In this document: positions 25,020 to 33,485 of the stretch, piece after piece | How positions within the stretch are numbered: the first letter of the stretch is position 1 | Layout: each line of letters opens with the position of its first letter | Virus record (IMG/VR): IMGVR_UViG_3300031673_000059 | Location: 1-54,320 of that record | Length of the DNA: 54,320 nucleotides | Source of the DNA: a virus | Reading direction: 5' to 3' (one strand) | The notes under the pieces: model-generated | Told to the model about the DNA's origin: nothing | Databases searched by the model: none | What the model saw: only the letters and a program-made list of their open reading frames with translations | Program-made: the position numbers and the translations under genes

Positions 25020-25407
25020 CGTCGTCTCCCTCAATCAGCGCCAGCTTGTCTAGCGCGTTTAGTTCTTCTAGCTCGTCCTGGTAGATCTGCGTGGCAGAGA
25101 ACTCACCATCCATCGTCTGGATCGACCAGTAGTTCCCGGCCCTCATGCCGGGGGTGTCTGGGGTGTAGTGGGTCAGCCGGACGAAGGTCCCTGGCTCGGG
25201 GCTCATCACCTCCTTGTGCCAGCCGTTCTCCGTCTCCCACTCCTTGTAGAGTTCCGGCGTCGGATCCTTCAGCTTGAAGACCTTGCCGACCATCGCATAC
25301 ATCCGATCCCGAAACGGGAGCTCATGGCCATTCCAATAGTCCCGGCACTCCTCGGTGTCCTCCTCGTGGCCGAGCACATCACACCGGGAGCAGTAGGTCT
25401 CGTTCAC
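25006..25407 (-). CDS. hypothetical protein; C-terminal NALDKLALIEGDDDATG
   Basis: ORF track, 133 aa. GTGA overlap. Confidence 0.65.
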   Translation of the reverse strand: MNETYCSRCDVLGHEEDTEECRDYWNGHELPFRDRMYAMVGKVFKLKDPTPELYKEWETENGWHKEVMSPEPGTFVRLTHYTPDTPGMRAGNYWSIQTMDGEFSATQIYQDELEELNALDKLALIEGDDDATG

Positions 25408-25730
25408 CAGGAATCGGCCCTTCCGGTTCGATCCATGTGACCGAGGATCTCTTCGATCCTGTCGTAGTGCTGTTGCCGCCGCTCGGCGAACTGGCTCAGG
25501 CTGATGATCTCCTCCTGACAGTTGGCGAAGCTACCGTTGATCGACATGAGTTCGACCTTGAGTTGCATGATCGGTGTAGGCTGCCGGAACTTAGCCGACA
25601 CGCCCGGGATACCGGGCAGAGCGTCTATAGGCGCGTCGTGGTAGCCACATGAGCCGCAGTATTTGGACCTGATGTCCATCTCGTTGAAGGACCGTCGTGA
25701 ACACTTTGGGCAGACGATGGCGTCGGCCAT
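25404..25730 (-). CDS. hypothetical zinc-ribbon protein
   Basis: CPKC...CGSCG, 108 aa. Confidence 0.65.
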   Translation of the reverse strand: MADAIVCPKCSRRSFNEMDIRSKYCGSCGYHDAPIDALPGIPGVSAKFRQPTPIMQLKVELMSINGSFANCQEEIISLSQFAERRQQHYDRIEEILGHMDRTGRADSW

Positions 25731-26084
25731 TCAGACCTCACAGACGATGTCGGCTCGAACCAATCGAGCGAACCCGTTCTTTTGTCGCTTTGCGGGCTTG
25801 CCGTCCTTCTTGTAGGCAACGTCGTGACCCTTCCACCAGTAGGCCTCGAACTTGGCGCCCCACGGGGAGAGCTCAAGCACCTTCGCTCGGCCTAGGAGGA
25901 TGGACTTGTCGCCCCTCGCGACTCGGAGAGTCGCGTAGTCGCCCTTTCGATCAAAGAAGACCTGGGCGTCCTTCCACGTCTCCTCCTTCCTAGACCCCAT
26001 CTTCTGGGTATGGAAGTTGAAGTCGTCAACCGGTTCGTCGTAGGTGATCTTGACCGTGCCGTAGCTGAAGTGCGTGAGGATCAT
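25731..26084 (-). CDS. hypothetical protein
   Basis: ORF track, 117 aa. The ATG is 5 nt downstream of GGGTAAAAG. Confidence 0.65.
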   Translation of the reverse strand: MILTHFSYGTVKITYDEPVDDFNFHTQKMGSRKEETWKDAQVFFDRKGDYATLRVARGDKSILLGRAKVLELSPWGAKFEAYWWKGHDVAYKKDGKPAKRQKNGFARLVRADIVCEV

Positions 26085-26089
26085 GCACT

Positions 26090-26097
26090 CTTTTACC
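26090..26097 (-). promoter_or_regulatory. GGTAAAAG, 5 nt, ATG 26084
   Basis: Plus strand reads cat gcact cttttacc(c). Confidence 0.55.
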
Positions 26098-26127
26098 CGG
26101 GGCGTCGGCTGTCGCCCAGCCGAGACT

Positions 26128-26307
26128 CTAGCAGCGAGTACCCTCAGGTCGGTTGAGCATCGTCTGGACAGTCTTCGGCTCCAACGCCTTGGTCAGGTTC
26201 TCCTTGACCTTGTCAGCCTGGAGCTTGGTGAACGACACAGAGCCGTCCTCTGCTGTGGCCATGCTGAGAGCGCCCTGAAACCAATTACAAAAATCTCTGG
26301 TATCCAT
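26128..26307 (-). CDS. hypothetical small protein (paralog of 26316..26678 N-terminus)
   Basis: MDTRDFCNWFQGAL... AGGAGG lies 4 nt before ATG 26307. Confidence 0.6.
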   Translation of the reverse strand: MDTRDFCNWFQGALSMATAEDGSVSFTKLQADKVKENLTKALEPKTVQTMLNRPEGTRC

Positions 26308-26315
26308 CGTGCCTC

Positions 26316-26678
26316 CTAGCACATCATTCGGGTGTCATGGCGACCACCGGATGGTCGCTTCAGCGCCTTGGTGGCTGTCGCTTGCGCCGTTTCGATCTTC
26401 TTCTCTAGCTCCTTTAGCTTCTCCTCCGACAGGGGCGTGAGCGTGTCGGCCCCTAAGTCATCGAGGAGCGAACGAAGCTTGTTGACGTCCACACCGTCGT
26501 GGACCGCCTGGAGAGCCCCCTGGACATTCGGGTCGTCTGAATGCGATGGGTCGATTTCGTGGAGGAAAACGAGGTTGAGATGTCTCCTGATGAGATCGGT
26601 CTGACGCTCATCAAGGGTCTTCGGGTCGGCCAGCTCGAATAGGCCCTGCAGCCAGTAAGCAAAGTCTCGACTAGTGAT
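26316..26678 (-). CDS. hypothetical protein with probable non-canonical ATC start
   Basis: An open frame encodes (I)TSRDFAYWLQGLFELADPKTLDERQTDLIRRHLNLVFLHEIDP...KKIETAQATATKALKRPSGGRHDTRMMC. There is no ATG/GTG/TTG between the upstream in-frame stop and this point. GGAGG lies 6 nt before ATC 26678. The ATC aligns with the ATG of the downstream paralog. Confidence 0.55.
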   Translation of the reverse strand: MTSRDFAYWLQGLFELADPKTLDERQTDLIRRHLNLVFLHEIDPSHSDDPNVQGALQAVHDGVDVNKLRSLLDDLGADTLTPLSEEKLKELEKKIETAQATATKALKRPSGGRHDTRMMC

Positions 26679-26745
26679 GACGCACCTCCAAACCGTGAAA
26701 ACTAGAGCGATTTGGAGGCATTCTAGTAGAAACTAACGGAAATGA

Positions 26746-26982
26746 CTAGTCCGTTCCCTCGTAGCCGGCGAACCGGTCGTTAGGACCCTGGTCTTCATCG
26801 ATCTTGTGCGTCCACTCCCACGGGAAGTCCGAGATCTGACGTTGGCCGCATCTGACTTGGGTGAAGGTGATTACGGCGTTTATCTCATCCAACCACTGCT
26901 CGGCTGGTGGTCCTACGAGGCGCTGGATTGTGCCGTCGGCATACTCGAACTCAACCCTCACCATCGGCGACTTGTCGGCCAC
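26746..26982 (-). CDS. hypothetical small protein
   Basis: ORF track, 78 aa. GGAGGG lies 7 nt before GTG 26982. Confidence 0.6.
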   Translation of the reverse strand: MADKSPMVRVEFEYADGTIQRLVGPPAEQWLDEINAVITFTQVRCGQRQISDFPWEWTHKIDEDQGPNDRFAGYEGTD

Positions 26983-27352
26983 TTGACGACCCTCCTACAG
27001 CATCAACGATGTCATCCAGGATCATAACCCGTCGTAGGTAGGGCAGGACGATGTCTCTCACCCGATGTCTGTTGAGATAGCCACCAGAGCCGTCGTTCTG
27101 GGTGAAGGCCCTATCTCCGTTGATCGAGGACTCTCCGGGGATGAAAAGATCGACCCATAGACCTCGCAGCTGCTCGAACTTGATGTCCACATCCCCGAGC
27201 CGGCAGGTGATCATGGATCCGGATCCCCAGTTCACGGGTATCGACTTGCCGTGGAGCTTCAACAGCTTGAAGCATCGATCCTTGAGCTCTTTGACAAGCG
27301 CCTCTTGGGTAGCATTGTCTTCAGTAGTTCCAGTCTGATCGTCGTCCCACAT
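26951..27352 (-). CDS. hypothetical protein; near-C-terminal MILDDIVDAVGG
   Basis: ORF track, 133 aa. The ATG is 6 nt downstream of GGTAAAAC. Confidence 0.65.
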   Translation of the reverse strand: MWDDDQTGTTEDNATQEALVKELKDRCFKLLKLHGKSIPVNWGSGSMITCRLGDVDIKFEQLRGLWVDLFIPGESSINGDRAFTQNDGSGGYLNRHRVRDIVLPYLRRVMILDDIVDAVGGSSSGRQVADGEG

Positions 27353-27358
27353 GTCTGG

Positions 27359-27366
27359 GTTTTACC
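27359..27366 (-). promoter_or_regulatory. GGTAAAAC, 6 nt, ATG 27352
   Basis: Back-to-back with 27368..27375. Confidence 0.5.
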
Positions 27367-27367
27367 G

Positions 27368-27375
27368 GGTAGAAC
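27368..27375 (+). promoter_or_regulatory. GGTAGAAC, 5 nt, ATG 27381
   Basis: gggtagaac atggt atg. Confidence 0.55.
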
Positions 27376-27380
27376 ATGGT

Positions 27381-28121
27381 ATGACTCGAATGACGATCAT
27401 GAGAGGTGGACCGGGCTCTGGTAAGAGCTTTCAGGTTGCCCAGCTCTGCTTCACCAGGGACAAGGCTCCTGTCGTCTGCTCTGCGGACGAGTTCTTCGTT
27501 GATGACAACGGAAACTACAGCTTCGATCCCAGATGGCTGGGGAGGGCCCACGGCGCTTGCCTGAAGAAGTGCGTGGAGTCGATGGTCGCTCGGGAAAACG
27601 TCATCATCGACAACACCAACAGCAGTCCGACCGAGATGATCCCCTACCTGGCCTTGTGTCAGGCGTTCGGTTATTCCTGCACTGTGATCAAGGTCCTTTG
27701 CGACCGGAAGATCGCTTGGAAGCGGCAGTCGCACGGAGTGCCGGAGGACAAGTTCAACGAGATCCACTCCGCCGTTGAGCAGACCAAGGTCCCGTCCCTT
27801 TACCGGGGTGCTCCGTGGCTGACCGAGAGGGAGGTCAGGTCGGACGGACTCTATCGGCCGCATCCCAAGATCTACCAGCCCTACTCCGGAGCTCGGTGCA
27901 TCAAGTGCTCCGGCAACATCGTCTACAGCTACTCCGACGGGACCAAGGAGGGCTTCCGGTACTGTGACCACGAGGAAGACTGGTGCACGTGCCCTGACGG
28001 TCAAGAGGAGCCAGGGGAACCGTACGCTGGTCTCCCCCGCGAGTGCAACTGCGGGGTGAGCAAAGGCCTGCGGTCCGACCACGAGTCACAGTGTCAGGCG
28101 ACCTACATCCAGAGGAAGTGA
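27381..28121 (+). CDS. P-loop kinase, AAA_33 / N4BP2-like (polynucleotide-kinase-like) with Cys-rich C-terminal extension
   Basis: MRGGPGSGKS...SADEFF...Y.FDP..LGRAHGAC...VIIDNTNSSPTEMIPY...HGVPEDKF. Confidence 0.75.
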   Translation: MTRMTIMRGGPGSGKSFQVAQLCFTRDKAPVVCSADEFFVDDNGNYSFDPRWLGRAHGACLKKCVESMVARENVIIDNTNSSPTEMIPYLALCQAFGYSCTVIKVLCDRKIAWKRQSHGVPEDKFNEIHSAVEQTKVPSLYRGAPWLTEREVRSDGLYRPHPKIYQPYSGARCIKCSGNIVYSYSDGTKEGFRYCDHEEDWCTCPDGQEEPGEPYAGLPRECNCGVSKGLRSDHESQCQATYIQRK

Positions 28122-28723
28122 TGCTCGAAGAACGACAAAAGGAGCGAGACGCCGTCGCCGCCGACTACGCGGCTATCGGGGTTGAGATCGCCAAGGCCAA
28201 GCTGGCTAGCGAGCCCACCGAGGTTCTCATCGAACAGGCGGCCGAGCTCAAGGAAAGGCTCAAGGACCTAGACGAGCTCATCTCTCACCTGATCCCCAAG
28301 GAGGAGAGGCCCAGGCCGAAGATCGAGGACTGCATCCTGCGGCGGCTCTACAAGCTCAAGTGCCGGAACCTAAAGATGGGTATTTATGACGGCAAGCAGG
28401 GCTTTATCGGCATTCGGAGCAAGTTTGCGTCGCGCTTCCTCGACACTGAGTATCACTGGGACCAGGGTCCGCCTTACGGCACGGTGCACACGGCCATCGA
28501 TACTGGCGTCGATCTCCCCGCGCACATCTCGCTCTGCGAGGCGCCGGGCACGGTCGATCAGACTACTGACCGGTGGGTCGAGTTCGACAAGCCCATCGCC
28601 GATGGCGGTAGGGGCTGGTACTACGCCGATACTGGTGAGGCTAGCGCGGACATCGTACCGGTGGGAAAGACCAACACCGCGCTCTTCGATTGGCTTGTTG
28701 AGCAAGGCGCTGTTCCCGACTAG
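28121..28723 (+). CDS. hypothetical protein with N-terminal coiled coil
   Basis: The start is ATG 28121, overlapping the upstream TGA by 1 nt. Confidence 0.65.
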   Translation: MLEERQKERDAVAADYAAIGVEIAKAKLASEPTEVLIEQAAELKERLKDLDELISHLIPKEERPRPKIEDCILRRLYKLKCRNLKMGIYDGKQGFIGIRSKFASRFLDTEYHWDQGPPYGTVHTAIDTGVDLPAHISLCEAPGTVDQTTDRWVEFDKPIADGGRGWYYADTGEASADIVPVGKTNTALFDWLVEQGAVPD

Positions 28724-28798
28724 ATTCACCGCATGGACCGCTCGGGGCCTCGCAGAAATAGGGGACACAGAGATCGACTCTCCTGGGTAAGAGAGAGT

Positions 28799-29254
28799 AT
28801 GAGCGACGTCCAACTATATCGAGCATCTGTTGAGATCCTGGTCTGGCACCCTGAAGCTGAGACCTGGGACAAGCCTGACGAGAACCCCCGGCTACTTACG
28901 GTCACAAATCGGCGGTGGGGAGGGTTCTCCTGCCCTGGTGGAAAGGTCGAGAAGGGCGAGAGCCTGATGGCGGCCGCCAGACGGGAGTTCTTCGAAGAGA
29001 CTGGCTGCGAGGCCCACAACCTCGAACAGTGGATGGGCGGGGTTCACTATGACGCGCCGAAGGACGAAGGACCGCCGTGGTTCTGCATGGCATTCTGGGC
29101 CAACATCGGGGATCAGATCCCAACCCAGCAAGAGGAAGGGACGGAGATCGGCTGGCACACGCCTCAACAGCTGATGAGCGACTCTATCTACCCTGAGTGG
29201 TATCGATTCCTCTTCGCCCAAGCGGACATGGGCTACCAACTAAAGGACATCTAA
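28799..29254 (+). CDS. Nudix hydrolase (MutT-like)
   Basis: The Nudix box is PGGKVEKGESLMAAARREFFEETG. Start moved to ATG 28799. Confidence 0.85.
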   Translation: MSDVQLYRASVEILVWHPEAETWDKPDENPRLLTVTNRRWGGFSCPGGKVEKGESLMAAARREFFEETGCEAHNLEQWMGGVHYDAPKDEGPPWFCMAFWANIGDQIPTQQEEGTEIGWHTPQQLMSDSIYPEWYRFLFAQADMGYQLKDI

Positions 29255-29547
29255 TGAACTGCCCGATGTGTGACCGAGATCGAGACTTGACGTTCCATCA
29301 CTTGATCCCGCAGACGTGCCACAAGAACAAGTGGTTCAAGAAGAACTTCACCAGGGAGGAGATGCACGCCGGCATCGACATCTGCCGAGACTGTCACTCG
29401 GCGATCCACAAGTACATCCCCAACGAGAAGAAGCTTGGACGGGACTACAACACGATCGAGAAGCTGATGGCCCACACGGCACTAGCCAAGTACGTCGAGT
29501 GGCTCAGCAAGCAGCGACGGCAGGGAAGGTTTAAGGTCAGAGTATGA
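29254..29547 (+). CDS. HNH endonuclease-like protein
   Basis: CPMCD...HHLIP...CRDCHSAIH. TAATG overlap. Confidence 0.7.
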   Translation: MNCPMCDRDRDLTFHHLIPQTCHKNKWFKKNFTREEMHAGIDICRDCHSAIHKYIPNEKKLGRDYNTIEKLMAHTALAKYVEWLSKQRRQGRFKVRV

Positions 29548-29858
29548 AGGTCACGGTTAAGGAAGAGTTCGATCTCTTCGAGCTCTTCGTGCATGACACC
29601 GAAGCGATTCACGCCCTCTGCCCATACGAAGTGGCCGAGGCCATTAACGAACACTTGTGCGAATCAGGCTGGAAGGTCAGCCCGCCGGAGAGCCTGAGCC
29701 GGTTCACCCTCTTCAGTATCGATGATGAGGAGGAGGGATACCTGGAGCGCTACTACACCGCCCAACAGGTGAAGGATGCTTTCCCACCCGAGGTTGTCGA
29801 AGCCCTCGAAGAGATCAACGAACTAGAGTTCGATCTCAGCCCGAGGAAGCAGAGCTAG
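29544..29858 (+). CDS. hypothetical acidic protein
   Basis: ORF track, 104 aa. ATGA overlap. Confidence 0.6.
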   Translation: MKVTVKEEFDLFELFVHDTEAIHALCPYEVAEAINEHLCESGWKVSPPESLSRFTLFSIDDEEEGYLERYYTAQQVKDAFPPEVVEALEEINELEFDLSPRKQS

Positions 29859-30370
29859 ACTCCGTGGAGCAGCGCCGACCGTAGGTCATGATGGACCGGA
29901 ATCGGACCAGCTGGCGCCGGAAGGCCCAACGCGGTTGCGAACTTGTCCACACCGTTGGCGATGGATGCTAGGTAGCGGTTCTTGGGCGAACCCTCTGGGA
30001 AGCCCAGGACTACGCGATCGGGCCAAGTGGCGGCCATGAACCCGAACTCGACGTTGGTGGTGAACGCCGGCATATTCTCCAGGTTACGGGGCACCCAGAA
30101 GAGAACTCGCTCGGCACGACCTAGCGCCTGCCACTCCCACTCGACCTGGCGTTGGTAGTCGCCACACCAGCCCCAGTTCTCGTCTTGAGGGACGAAGACG
30201 TAGCCGGTGTAGCCGGCCTCCTCCAAGATCTCCAACGCTTCCTGCCGCCACCCCTGAACGTTCTTGTCGCGCGGTGTTGGTCCCGCCAGGAAGATGCTGT
30301 TGGGTGTGACCCCCCTCCGCGTCGGAGGCAGGTCTTGGGGAACGAAGACGACCTTAGGACCGATGGACAC
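29855..30370 (-). CDS. nucleoside 2-deoxyribosyltransferase-like protein (Nuc_deoxyri_tr2-type)
   Basis: SIFLAGPTPR...WRQEALEIL...QVEWEWQALGRAERVLFWVPRNLENMPAFTTNVEFG. Confidence 0.65.
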   Translation of the reverse strand: MSIGPKVVFVPQDLPPTRRGVTPNSIFLAGPTPRDKNVQGWRQEALEILEEAGYTGYVFVPQDENWGWCGDYQRQVEWEWQALGRAERVLFWVPRNLENMPAFTTNVEFGFMAATWPDRVVLGFPEGSPKNRYLASIANGVDKFATALGLPAPAGPIPVHHDLRSALLHGV

Positions 30371-30590
30371 GAGCTCTCTCCTCCTCGATTGTCTGAGCCA
30401 CGTAGGCGCAGACCTCGACGATGCTGAGGATTGAATCAGACTCCTTGAGCTTGTCGCCGAATTCAGTCCTGGTCTTCACACCGGCCGCCTCGACCATGTG
30501 GGAAGGGAGGTGTTCTGCAAGCCCGTCGAGCATACGCCCTCGGATCTGAGCGAATCGCAGCTGGTCAGCGTCGCTGAGTGGGTCCGGCAC
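30354..30590 (-). CDS. hypothetical protein (tandem paralog of 30565..30828)
   Basis: RFAQIRGRMLDGLAEHLP compares with RFIAIKNRMIRDLATHLP. The start is GTG 30590 (AGGAGA 6 nt upstream) or TTG 30611. Confidence 0.55.
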   Translation of the reverse strand: MPDPLSDADQLRFAQIRGRMLDGLAEHLPSHMVEAAGVKTRTEFGDKLKESDSILSIVEVCAYVAQTIEEERARVHRS

Positions 30591-30828
30591 TGGCTTTCTC
30601 CTCGTGGTCAATGCAGACCGCAGTCCACGCTGTGATGTCGATGATCGCCGTCAACGTCTCGGATGTGTAGATGTGCTTGTGAAATTCGGCGCGATCCTTT
30701 GAGCCGGAGTTAGACAGCCAGTCGTCCGGCAGATGTGTGGCGAGGTCGCGGATCATCCGGTTCTTGATTGCGATAAACCTAGCATTCACGATCGGGTCTT
30801 GGGGGCTTGGACCGGTCGGCTCGTTCAT
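30565..30828 (-). CDS. hypothetical protein (tandem paralog)
   Basis: ORF track, 87 aa. GGAGG precedes the ATG. Confidence 0.6.
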   Translation of the reverse strand: MNEPTGPSPQDPIVNARFIAIKNRMIRDLATHLPDDWLSNSGSKDRAEFHKHIYTSETLTAIIDITAWTAVCIDHEEKASAGPTQRR

Positions 30829-30918
30829 ACAACTCCTCCGAGTACCACAGGGTAAATCAAATCCTTCCTCCGTGGCAGCAACGCGGTTAAAAACGACACG
30901 GTGACTAAGGCCGGTGCG

Positions 30919-31161
30919 TTATCCACCCTTAGTTAAGGCGTAGGCCATGACCTCAAGGACGGTTACGACTCGCCAGCCATCGGGTCCCTGAAGGTTCCAG
31001 CCGCCGGACATCGTAACTTTTCTTGTGATCGGGTCGACGCTATCTGCTATCGCAAACACCCCGTTCTTAGACTCTCGGACCAAGTAGGTTGAATGGCAAC
31101 CGTCGCCGATCCACCTGGCTTTCGTCGACATGATCAACTGGCCTTCGACAAACCGTTCCAT
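30919..31161 (-). CDS. hypothetical protein; C-terminal TVLEVMAYALTKGG
   Basis: Start moved to ATG 31161 (MERFVEGQ...), 5 nt downstream of GGTAGAAG. Confidence 0.6.
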   Translation of the reverse strand: MERFVEGQLIMSTKARWIGDGCHSTYLVRESKNGVFAIADSVDPITRKVTMSGGWNLQGPDGWRVVTVLEVMAYALTKGG

Positions 31162-31166
31162 AAGCA

Positions 31167-31174
31167 CTTCTACC
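31167..31174 (-). promoter_or_regulatory. GGTAGAAG, 5 nt, ATG 31161
   Basis: Divergent pair with 31184..31191. Confidence 0.55.
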
Positions 31175-31183
31175 GCGTTCGGA

Positions 31184-31191
31184 GGTAGAAC
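31184..31191 (+). promoter_or_regulatory. GGTAGAAC, 5 nt, ATG 31197 (clpS)
   Basis: ggtagaac cagtc atg. Confidence 0.55.
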
Positions 31192-31196
31192 CAGTC

Positions 31197-31505
31197 ATGT
31201 CCACCGAGACGATCACCGAAACCGATACGACCACCAGGCTCATCCCGCCCTGGCACGTGATACTCCTCAACGACGACGACCACAGCTTCGAGTATGTCAT
31301 CGCCATGCTCTACGCGGTCTTCGGGTTTCCCCCTACCAAGGGGTTTAAGCACGCCGAGGAGGTCGACGCGACCGGTCGGACCATCTTGATTACTACCAGT
31401 CGTGAGCACGCCGAGCTGAAGCAGGAACAGTGTCACGCCTTCGGCCCCGACCCCCTAGTCCCCAGGTGCAAGGGATCCATGACCTGCATCATTGAGCCAG
31501 CATGA
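31197..31505 (+). CDS. clpS: ClpS, ATP-dependent Clp protease adaptor (N-degron recognin)
   Basis: PPWHVILLNDDDHSFEYVIAMLYAVFGF....GFKHAEEVDATGRTILITTSREHAELK. Confidence 0.9.
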   Translation: MSTETITETDTTTRLIPPWHVILLNDDDHSFEYVIAMLYAVFGFPPTKGFKHAEEVDATGRTILITTSREHAELKQEQCHAFGPDPLVPRCKGSMTCIIEPA

Positions 31506-31810
31506 GCGACGACAAGACACCTCTCAACGCGACGAGACTCGCTGCGATCTACGAGACCGCCAAAGTGTGGTCCGTAGACCGGTGCGAAGGCGCGTATCAC
31601 CAGGACGGCTGTAAGTGTGTGAGGCGCAGTCCTCTGTCCGGGCCGGCGGCCGAGATGATCGAGGAGATCAGACGCCTTCGACAGATCGCGGAGGACACAG
31701 TCAAGCAGTCGGCCCTAGTTGAGGGTCCAGACGGGCCGAAGGTGATGATCAGCTACGAGAGCTTCCGTCAGTTAGCGGAGGCGGCCAAAGACAACGAGCG
31801 ATATGACTAA
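31502..31810 (+). CDS. hypothetical protein
   Basis: ORF track, 102 aa. ATGA overlap. Confidence 0.6.
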   Translation: MSDDKTPLNATRLAAIYETAKVWSVDRCEGAYHQDGCKCVRRSPLSGPAAEMIEEIRRLRQIAEDTVKQSALVEGPDGPKVMISYESFRQLAEAAKDNERYD

Positions 31811-31985
31811 GACTCACTACACTTGTCAGGCCATGGTGCGAGGTACCAGTAAAGCTGGGTGTCATCAGGAGATTCAGGCGGCCGCACGAGACTACAAGAC
31901 TTTGCGATCAGCTGGCTGGGCTCACAACGGAAACTACCGTCGGGATCACTGGAAGTGCCCAGCGTGCAAACCGGAGAATATCTGA
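31803..31985 (+). CDS. hypothetical small Cys protein
   Basis: ORF track, 60 aa, ending in CPACK. Confidence 0.55.
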   Translation: MTKTHYTCQAMVRGTSKAGCHQEIQAAARDYKTLRSAGWAHNGNYRRDHWKCPACKPENI

Positions 31986-32488
31986 TGGGAATGAGCTACA
32001 GGACCTACGTGGGGCCCTATCTCTGGTGCAGTGTTCGGACCCGACCGGCGACAAAGGAGATCAGGCTCTGCGCGCGGTCGGAGTGCCGGTTCTTCCGAGA
32101 GAGCAGTCCCATGCCCAGCGACAGCAACTTCTGCCCCCAATGCGGCACACCGGCCGTAGACAAGATCGTCGAGGTCGAGGGACAGGTCGAAGAGATCCTC
32201 AGCAGCTGCGATCTCATGGAGGCCACCAACGAGAATCTAGTTCCGGTCAACAACAACTACGCGGACGCCGGGGTCCACCTGTTCGTCTCGAACCTCGCCA
32301 AGGCTCCGGGCCTTCGACTGGAGAGGGGAGGAGATCTCGGCGAGATCATGCAGTATGACGGTGTGATCATTGATCAAGAGCTCACGGCCTTCAGGGAGCG
32401 GCACGCCGATGATCTGGAGATCGTCTACGAGCACTACGGCGAGGATCGTGTTGAGGTCCGGTGGGGCGTGTTGGCCTCTTACGGGTGA
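31985..32488 (+). CDS. hypothetical protein with zinc ribbon (CPQCG)
   Basis: The start is ATG 31985 (TGATG overlap). Confidence 0.65.
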   Translation: MGMSYRTYVGPYLWCSVRTRPATKEIRLCARSECRFFRESSPMPSDSNFCPQCGTPAVDKIVEVEGQVEEILSSCDLMEATNENLVPVNNNYADAGVHLFVSNLAKAPGLRLERGGDLGEIMQYDGVIIDQELTAFRERHADDLEIVYEHYGEDRVEVRWGVLASYG

Positions 32489-32808
32489 AAAAGACGAAGA
32501 TCGTGAACTGTCTACGCGAAGAGTTCGATGTGTATATCGGACGAGCGGGCAAGGGTCACGACGGAACCTTCGGTAATCCGTTCAGGCGCGGCCCGGACGA
32601 CCCCCCAGGCTCGACGCTCATCAAGTTCGAGGAGTATTTCCTCAAGCGCGTCGAGGAGGACCAGGAGTTCCGAGAGAAGGTTCTCGCCCTAAAGGGTAAG
32701 AGGTTAGGATGCTTCTGTCCGCCTAAGAGGGCGTGCCACGGTCGCACCTATGTCAGGTGGCTGGACGGCGAACCCGAGCCAAAGGCGGAGCAGCTGGAGT
32801 TCTTCTGA
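32485..32808 (+). CDS. DUF4326 domain protein
   Basis: FDVYIGRAGKG....FGNPF...EEYFLKRV...LKGKRLGCFCPPKRACHG. The start is GTG 32485 (GTGA overlap). Confidence 0.75.
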   Translation: MKKTKIVNCLREEFDVYIGRAGKGHDGTFGNPFRRGPDDPPGSTLIKFEEYFLKRVEEDQEFREKVLALKGKRLGCFCPPKRACHGRTYVRWLDGEPEPKAEQLEFF

Positions 32809-33128
32809 TGACCGAGCCTGAGAAATACGACTACACGACGCCGGCCGTGGTGAAGAAGATTCTGACCCCTGGCATGGCTCTGGACATCACGTTGGAGCAG
32901 GCTCAAGAGGCCATCAAGGATCTCGCGAAGGCGCTCCAGGACACGCGTGAGCGTTACACCGCTCTGGAGTACAAGCACCACAAGGCTATGTCCGATGTCG
33001 AGATCCGGCTGGCGCAGGCACGGGGGCAGAAGCCCGACCAGCCGAAGTATCAGGACGGCATTCGCTATGCCTCCGAGACCCCCCGTCCCATGGGCCCGGA
33101 CGGTTTCCCGCAGCGAGGCATCGTCTAG
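32808..33128 (+). CDS. hypothetical protein
   Basis: The start is ATG 32808 (TGATG overlap). Confidence 0.6.
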   Translation: MTEPEKYDYTTPAVVKKILTPGMALDITLEQAQEAIKDLAKALQDTRERYTALEYKHHKAMSDVEIRLAQARGQKPDQPKYQDGIRYASETPRPMGPDGFPQRGIV

Positions 33129-33133
33129 CGCCG

Positions 33134-33141
33134 GGTAGAAC
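33134..33141 (+). promoter_or_regulatory. GGTAGAAC, 5 nt, ATG 33147
   Basis: gggtagaac acggt atg; nearly identical to the 27367-27383 unit. Confidence 0.55.
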
Positions 33142-33146
33142 ACGGT

Positions 33147-33485
33147 ATGAGAGAGCCCCCGTACGACAAGATCGAGCTGATAGACCTCAAGCCGTGCCCG
33201 TTTTGCGGTCATACGCAGCGGGGAGTGGAGCCGAACACTAGGGTCCGGATCATGTTCGTCGGTATGGCCGTCTACGTACAGTGTGGGCGCTGTCGTGCGA
33301 TAGGGTCTAGTGTAGGGATACCGGGCCACATTGATGAGCTTGGTGCGTTTATGGATATGGTTGCCGACGTAGACATCTTCGGCCTCCCGTCAAACCCTCG
33401 GGCATTCAACGACTGTGAACTCGATCTCTGGATGTCGCAGCTCGCCGCCAAGTTCTGGAACAACCGAAAGCCCCAGCGAGCGTGA
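33147..33485 (+). CDS. lar: Lar-family restriction alleviation protein
   Basis: LKPCPFCGH...YVQCGRCRAIG...AAKFWNNR is the Lar-family pattern as I recall it. Confidence 0.65.
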   Translation: MREPPYDKIELIDLKPCPFCGHTQRGVEPNTRVRIMFVGMAVYVQCGRCRAIGSSVGIPGHIDELGAFMDMVADVDIFGLPSNPRAFNDCELDLWMSQLAAKFWNNRKPQRA

